In this document: one piece after another, positions 33,215-37,800 of the stretch
How the letters are laid out: each line of letters opens with the position of its first letter
Position numbering within the stretch: the first letter of the stretch is position 1
Source of the DNA: an uncultured Nitrososphaeraceae archaeon
GTDB lineage: Archaea > Thermoproteota > Nitrososphaeria > Nitrososphaerales > Nitrososphaeraceae
Length of the DNA: 37,800 nt
Reading direction: 5' to 3'
Assembly (NCBI GenBank): GCA_963825865.1
Contig: CAWGVG010000024.1
Span: forward strand, 1 to 37,800
Program-made: the position numbers and the translations under genes
The notes under the pieces: model-generated
What the model was told of the DNA's origin: nothing
The model's input: only the letters and a program-made list of their open reading frames with translations
Databases searched by the model: none

Positions 33215-33589
33215 CTATAACATGTAACCGATATCAGACGACTTTGTAGGGTATGAAAATATCATATCTTTAATATCTGTAATATTTAGTCCTAATTTGA
33301 TAGCTAGTGCAAAAATATTGATAATTTCTTCAGCATGTGTGCCCAATAGGTGAGCCCCCAAGATTGGCCATCATTAGGATCATAATCATCATCACTATTA
33401 GTGGCAGTAGCATTCGCTTGTCTTTGTTCTACTAACACTTTGAATCCGGAGTGGCTTTCTCCTATTCTACGAGATGTATACCAACCTGAAGTATTCTTTT
33501 GAAAATTTGTTTTGAAACGTAATCCTTGTTCTTTGGCTACATTTTCTTGTAATCCTACTGAAGCAAGTGGCGGTATGGTAAGACGACTG
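33215..33589 (-). pseudogene. Pyridine nucleotide-disulphide oxidoreductase (glutathione reductase-like) dimerisation-domain remnant
   Basis: TIPPLASVGLQE...WYTSRRIGE...GFKVLV / AHLLGTHAEEIINIFALAI...FSYPTKSSDIGYML*. Confidence 0.85.
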
Positions 33590-33605
33590 AAAGCGCTTGT
33601 ATGCT

Positions 33606-33768
33606 TCAGTTCTCATCTAGGTCATTGAGAACTCTAGTTTGTTGGTGGGTTGATAAACTCTGAATGTGTTTTTTTGAGAAAATAAGTGTCAATGCCATTG
33701 TTCCTACTAATCCAATTGTTTGTGCTATACTCAGCATGTCAGAAAATCCTATTATTCCTTCAACCATT
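33606..33768 (-). pseudogene. N-terminal TM fragment of a hypothetical protein
   Basis: MVEGIIGFSDMLSIAQTIGLVGTMALTLIFSKK..., stops abruptly beside the reductase remnant. Confidence 0.4.
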
Positions 33769-33917
33769 ATGCAGATCGAATAATTCTTTGTAATAAGCAT
33801 TATTTACAGAATAAAAAGACGATACCTAATCAAATCCTCTCTCTTAAAATTTCATTAGTCGTTTTTGTTGATGCTTTTTTCTAGTCTCTACGTCTTGTTC
33901 TTCTTTTTGCTGATACT

Positions 33918-34478
33918 CTACAATTTTAGATTATCTGATTTTTGTAAATATGTTGTAATATAGGTCATACCACCTGATATAACTCCTATGCTAAGTAAGC
34001 CTGCAAATGCAGATATAGGTGGAATAAATTGCACCATGACTCCAACATTTGGTTGTAACTGAGAAACAGAAGAAGCACCAGGTCCGCTTGTAATGACTGA
34101 AAGAATCCCAGAACCTATTAACCCAGCAAATATCATAGTTAGTGTTGTGGCAGCACCTCCTACATTCATTCCAACAAGATGAATCCACGCAAGTACAGAT
34201 TTGAATCCACGAATACTCTTTCTCATATCGATTTCAAGGTGGTGGTAAAAAGTCGCTGTGACTGCTATTGCCACTACCAATATCATATAAAAAATATACC
34301 CAAGAAAGAACCATTTAGCTGGACCTTCAAATGACAAAGAGAGGAACTGGATAATATTGATTTTAGAAGAGAATAGTATTTGAATTGAAACAATTGATAT
34401 AGTGAGTCCTGTAATTATTGCACCCTGAATTATTGCAGATATTATAAACCTGTTACTCCAGACTCCATGGATAGACAT
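33918..34478 (-). CDS. Four-TM membrane protein of unknown function
   Basis: Intact 186-aa ORF with four hydrophobic segments. Confidence 0.75.
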   Translation of the reverse strand: MSIHGVWSNRFIISAIIQGAIITGLTISIVSIQILFSSKINIIQFLSLSFEGPAKWFFLGYIFYMILVVAIAVTATFYHHLEIDMRKSIRGFKSVLAWIHLVGMNVGGAATTLTMIFAGLIGSGILSVITSGPGASSVSQLQPNVGVMVQFIPPISAFAGLLSIGVISGGMTYITTYLQKSDNLKL

Positions 34479-34879
34479 ATGATAACGATCTTGATATAAT
34501 TTACAACATGCAAATAATAGTTTCTATGAAATACTGACTTAGATGATAAAAAAAGAATTTCAGAAGATATAGTAATGTAACTCATTAGTGTTCTATTTCC
34601 ACTCCTACTTTCCTGAGTTGCCCGTTTCGTCTGCGTCATATTCAATAACTTCAATGCGAGTATAGGGGCAGGGATAAAAACAGACGTAGAATCTGTTACG
34701 TTAAAGCTGTAGCTGACTTCGCTAAGTATGTTTTATGAATTATCTTAAAAAATTACACCAAAACCTGTATCTTTCCAACCTAAATTGTCATATCAACTCA
34801 AATTTCTATTGCAGTATAGAAGAAGGTTTGTGAATATGAGCAATAGTAGCTGTCAGCTATAAGCCTTGAATTTTTAAGT

Positions 34880-35260
34880 CGTGATTTAAGAACGTAAGTA
34901 ACCTTTCATATACTAAGGCTGTCTTCTCAACGAATGGTGCGTGACCTGCATCCGGTATTTTTGTGCATTGAGATGCTTGGAACTTTTTTGAAATATATCA
35001 GCATAATCGATTGGTTTTAGTGGTATCAATTTATCTTCTTCACCCCATATGATTAAACAAGGAATATCTTCAATTTTCTTGAATCCTTCTGGTTTAATTT
35101 GTGTAGTTGTACTGTTATCAAAGGCTGATGTGAATGCATGTTTTGCCCCTTGCTGCTCAATTATCGCAATAAAAGTATCGACCACTACTGGAAGCAACCT
35201 TGAACGATCCGCATACAAGTCCTCAAATACGTTTTGGACTTTCTTATATCTTAATATCTT
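34880..35260 (-). pseudogene. Alpha/beta hydrolase C-terminal fragment
   Basis: IPCLIIWGEEDKLIP, then in a shifted frame IPDAGHAPFVEKTA. Confidence 0.75.
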
Positions 35261-35564
35261 CTTCGTTTATACTCGCCATTATAAAATTTTTGATATAAAT
35301 TGCACCATTCGTCATTGCTAAGGGTTAAATTTTCAAGGATATCTTTAATTTTTCCACATGATGAGAACGCACGGCAACCTGAGTTGCTTGTAACATTGTT
35401 GTGATGAAAATCTGATTATGACATAGATTATCTACACTGAAATTCTCAACTACGTTTGGAGGACATAAGGCCTTTCCACAACCAAAACTTTGTGAGATGT
35501 ATTTTTATGAATATAGGTTTGAACCGCAAGACTATCTACCTAGCATCTAGACGGCCTAATGTTT

Positions 35565-37229
35565 CTATTTGGATGTATAAGCTTTGTAAATCTCACCCAT
35601 ATCGGGAGCAACATATTTCCAATCATCACCGAGATTTGATACAAGTTCAAATCGTTCCTGTGTATTGGGATGTAATAACTTATAGACATTCTCCCCTACA
35701 GATATTTTGTTAGGACCAGTTATGGAAGTTATCTTTGCTGTTACGTTCATCGTATAACCAAGTATGTCAATTTGTGAGCTCCTGTCGTATCCATATTGAA
35801 CAACTACATTTTCCCCTTCGTCTATACCAATTTTTAACTTCAAGGCAGGGTAATCATATTTACTTAATATTGGATTAAGTCCAGTAGTTAAAACAGTAAG
35901 TATTGATTCTGCACAACGAACTGCCTTATCACAGGTAAGATATTTGTTAAAACCGGAAGGAAAGAATGCTATGACTGCGTCGCCCACGTACTTCAGTACA
36001 AATCCGTCATAACTTTCCACTACAGAGGACATCTCATGTGAAAAAGCCCTGATAATTGTAACCAGTTTATCCGCCGGCAGTGTCATGCTCATTTTAGTAG
36101 AGCCAACTAGGTCTACAAACATAATAACTAGTGATATCTTGGAACTTACGTGTTTACGAAGAAAATCCTGACCACGAAAAAAAAAGGCGTAGCTGTAACT
36201 GGGACTCACCACCTTGCCATTATCCACAATAAGAAATTCTGCCTCGATAGGAAGTCCTCTCATATAACGGGTAAGACTTCCTTTCACTCCTTCAGCGTAC
36301 CGGCTTTGCGCTTCAAGAGTTGTCCCGGAGTAATGAGGTACCATCGCATGATTAGGCATATGCCGCCAGGGATGATCTTTTGGCGCAGGTTCAGGAAACC
36401 ACACGTCACCCGCATAGCCTGCCAGATGACCTTTCTCCAATGCTTCCACCAAGGCTGAAGTATCAACGATTTTTCCTCGTGCACAATTAACTAAATATGA
36501 TCCATTTTTCATGCTGAAAAGTAGGTCATGGTTAAACAGGCCTTCCGTTTCCGGTGTTAATGGAGTGGTAATACTAATGACATCGGATTGTTCAACTAGT
36601 TGTTGTAATGGTGTATATCGTATACCAAATACAAATTCCTCTGCAGTTGTCAGTCGAGGGAGGTTATAGTATAAAATTTTGACGTCAAATGCCTTCAGTA
36701 GTTCGCACACCCGTTGTCCAATTCTACCTGCCCCTATAATTCCAACAACCTTGTCTTCCAAATCATGAGAGTAAGCCGCAATTTCTGCAATATCCCATCT
36801 ACCATCAAGAACCTGTTTGTATGCGGGCATATAGTTTCGCACAAGTGCCAAAATATGCATTACTATCTGTTCTGCGACACCTACGACGTTGCTTCCAGTA
36901 ATCTCAGCCACAGTTATACCTCGTTCTGCCGCTGCTTGCAAATCGACGTGATCAGAACCAACACCAGCAGTTAGAATGAGTCGTAGCATGGGTGCCTTCG
37001 AGATTCGTTCTTTCGTGATGTAGGCGGGCCAAAAAGGAGTAGTGATCAGTATCTCTGTGGTAGATAGATGTTCATCAAGCTTATGCTCTTTGTCAGTCAA
37101 TACAACGAATTCATGGCCCTGTTTTTCGAGAAAATCTCTCAAGCCCAACGCGTTCTCCGCACAACCTAACAAGCCTGGGTTGTTTTTTGCTATCTCTCCG
37201 CCAGGGTAAAGAATCGCTAAAATTTTCAT
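35565..37229 (-). CDS. fdh: NAD(P)-dependent formate dehydrogenase fused in frame to a class III adenylate/guanylate cyclase domain
   Basis: FDH: LLGCAENALGLR, TPFWPAY, AGVGSDHVDL, GSNVVGVAE, GAGRIG, NCARG, GDVWFPEPAP, PHYSG. Cyclase: FVDLVGST, KYVGDAV, KIGIDEG, DILGYTMNVTAKI. Confidence 0.9.
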   Translation of the reverse strand: MKILAILYPGGEIAKNNPGLLGCAENALGLRDFLEKQGHEFVVLTDKEHKLDEHLSTTEILITTPFWPAYITKERISKAPMLRLILTAGVGSDHVDLQAAAERGITVAEITGSNVVGVAEQIVMHILALVRNYMPAYKQVLDGRWDIAEIAAYSHDLEDKVVGIIGAGRIGQRVCELLKAFDVKILYYNLPRLTTAEEFVFGIRYTPLQQLVEQSDVISITTPLTPETEGLFNHDLLFSMKNGSYLVNCARGKIVDTSALVEALEKGHLAGYAGDVWFPEPAPKDHPWRHMPNHAMVPHYSGTTLEAQSRYAEGVKGSLTRYMRGLPIEAEFLIVDNGKVVSPSYSYAFFFRGQDFLRKHVSSKISLVIMFVDLVGSTKMSMTLPADKLVTIIRAFSHEMSSVVESYDGFVLKYVGDAVIAFFPSGFNKYLTCDKAVRCAESILTVLTTGLNPILSKYDYPALKLKIGIDEGENVVVQYGYDRSSQIDILGYTMNVTAKITSITGPNKISVGENVYKLLHPNTQERFELVSNLGDDWKYVAPDMGEIYKAYTSK

Positions 37230-37800
37230 ATGAAATCAATTCTGAGTAGATTAGTTAAATCTTCCTAGAATGATGATTAAACAAGGAGAAATGACCATAC
37301 TACCTGAATCTCATAAAGTTTGACGGAGTTTTAAGAGTAAAACGTTTGACCAGCCGTTTCTCTTTTATCTTTATTCATTTCGTCATCCGCTCTAATCCCA
37401 TATTGTGTTTTCAACTATAGCAAACTGTGTTTGTCAATTGTCAATAGATGAATGTTCCATCTGCTTGGTAAAAGAAAAAACCTAGAAATGTACAAAATAG
37501 GGGCTCATAATTGAATTGAGACATTCGGAGTAGTGTCAACTAACGATTCTTTGTTTAAACGTGCTCCAATGATCCGGATTAGCTTCAGATAAACCTTCTA
37601 TTCACACCGATATTTTATATTAAAACATCTTGCGACGGGTGGTGTTTAACTTTAAATGCTAACGGTTATATCGAGTACTTTCAAAAAAGCTCCAATTTCA
37701 TTTCAGGCTCATATACATGAAAATATTTAACACGTCTGGGCTTCCATAGTCCGTCGACTCGAACAAATTTGCGTATGGTACCAAGCCCTTCGTCAATTTT

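Noticed and set aside
37680-37800. Open minus-strand frames at the right edge
   Set aside because: Two frames are plausible and neither shows a motif; cannot assign

Overview
AT-rich archaeal DNA. The gene families present (PriX-tailed primase, Xer-like integrase family, terminase-like nuclease family, FUN14, IS6/IS5 remnants, poly-N/Q tracts) point to a soil ammonia-oxidising archaeon (Nitrososphaerales); this is an inference. It is an accessory region with no rRNA, intact tRNA or CRISPR array. Main blocks: (1) a patatin phospholipase plus a long TPR/2-TM gene that may be one ~1500-aa protein, flanked by two paralogous leader-peptide micro-genes; (2) a mosaic of abutting gene fragments (IS5, alpha/beta hydrolase, terminase nuclease, three SDR fragments) and an unannotated 8-Cys microprotein; (3) a GC-rich, bacterial-like ferredoxin-reductase-cytochrome P450 operon next to an IS6-like end; (4) an integrated element with integrase, two small DNA-binding genes, a P-loop NTPase, inverted 9-bp repeat arrays, a DUF5678/retropepsin pair and an AEP primase; (5) assorted redox, membrane and regulator genes; (6) an in-frame fusion of an NAD(P)-dependent formate dehydrogenase to a class III nucleotide cyclase. 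Most long genes carry single-base frameshifts, probably sequencing or assembly indels, so pseudogene and fusion calls need read-level checking.
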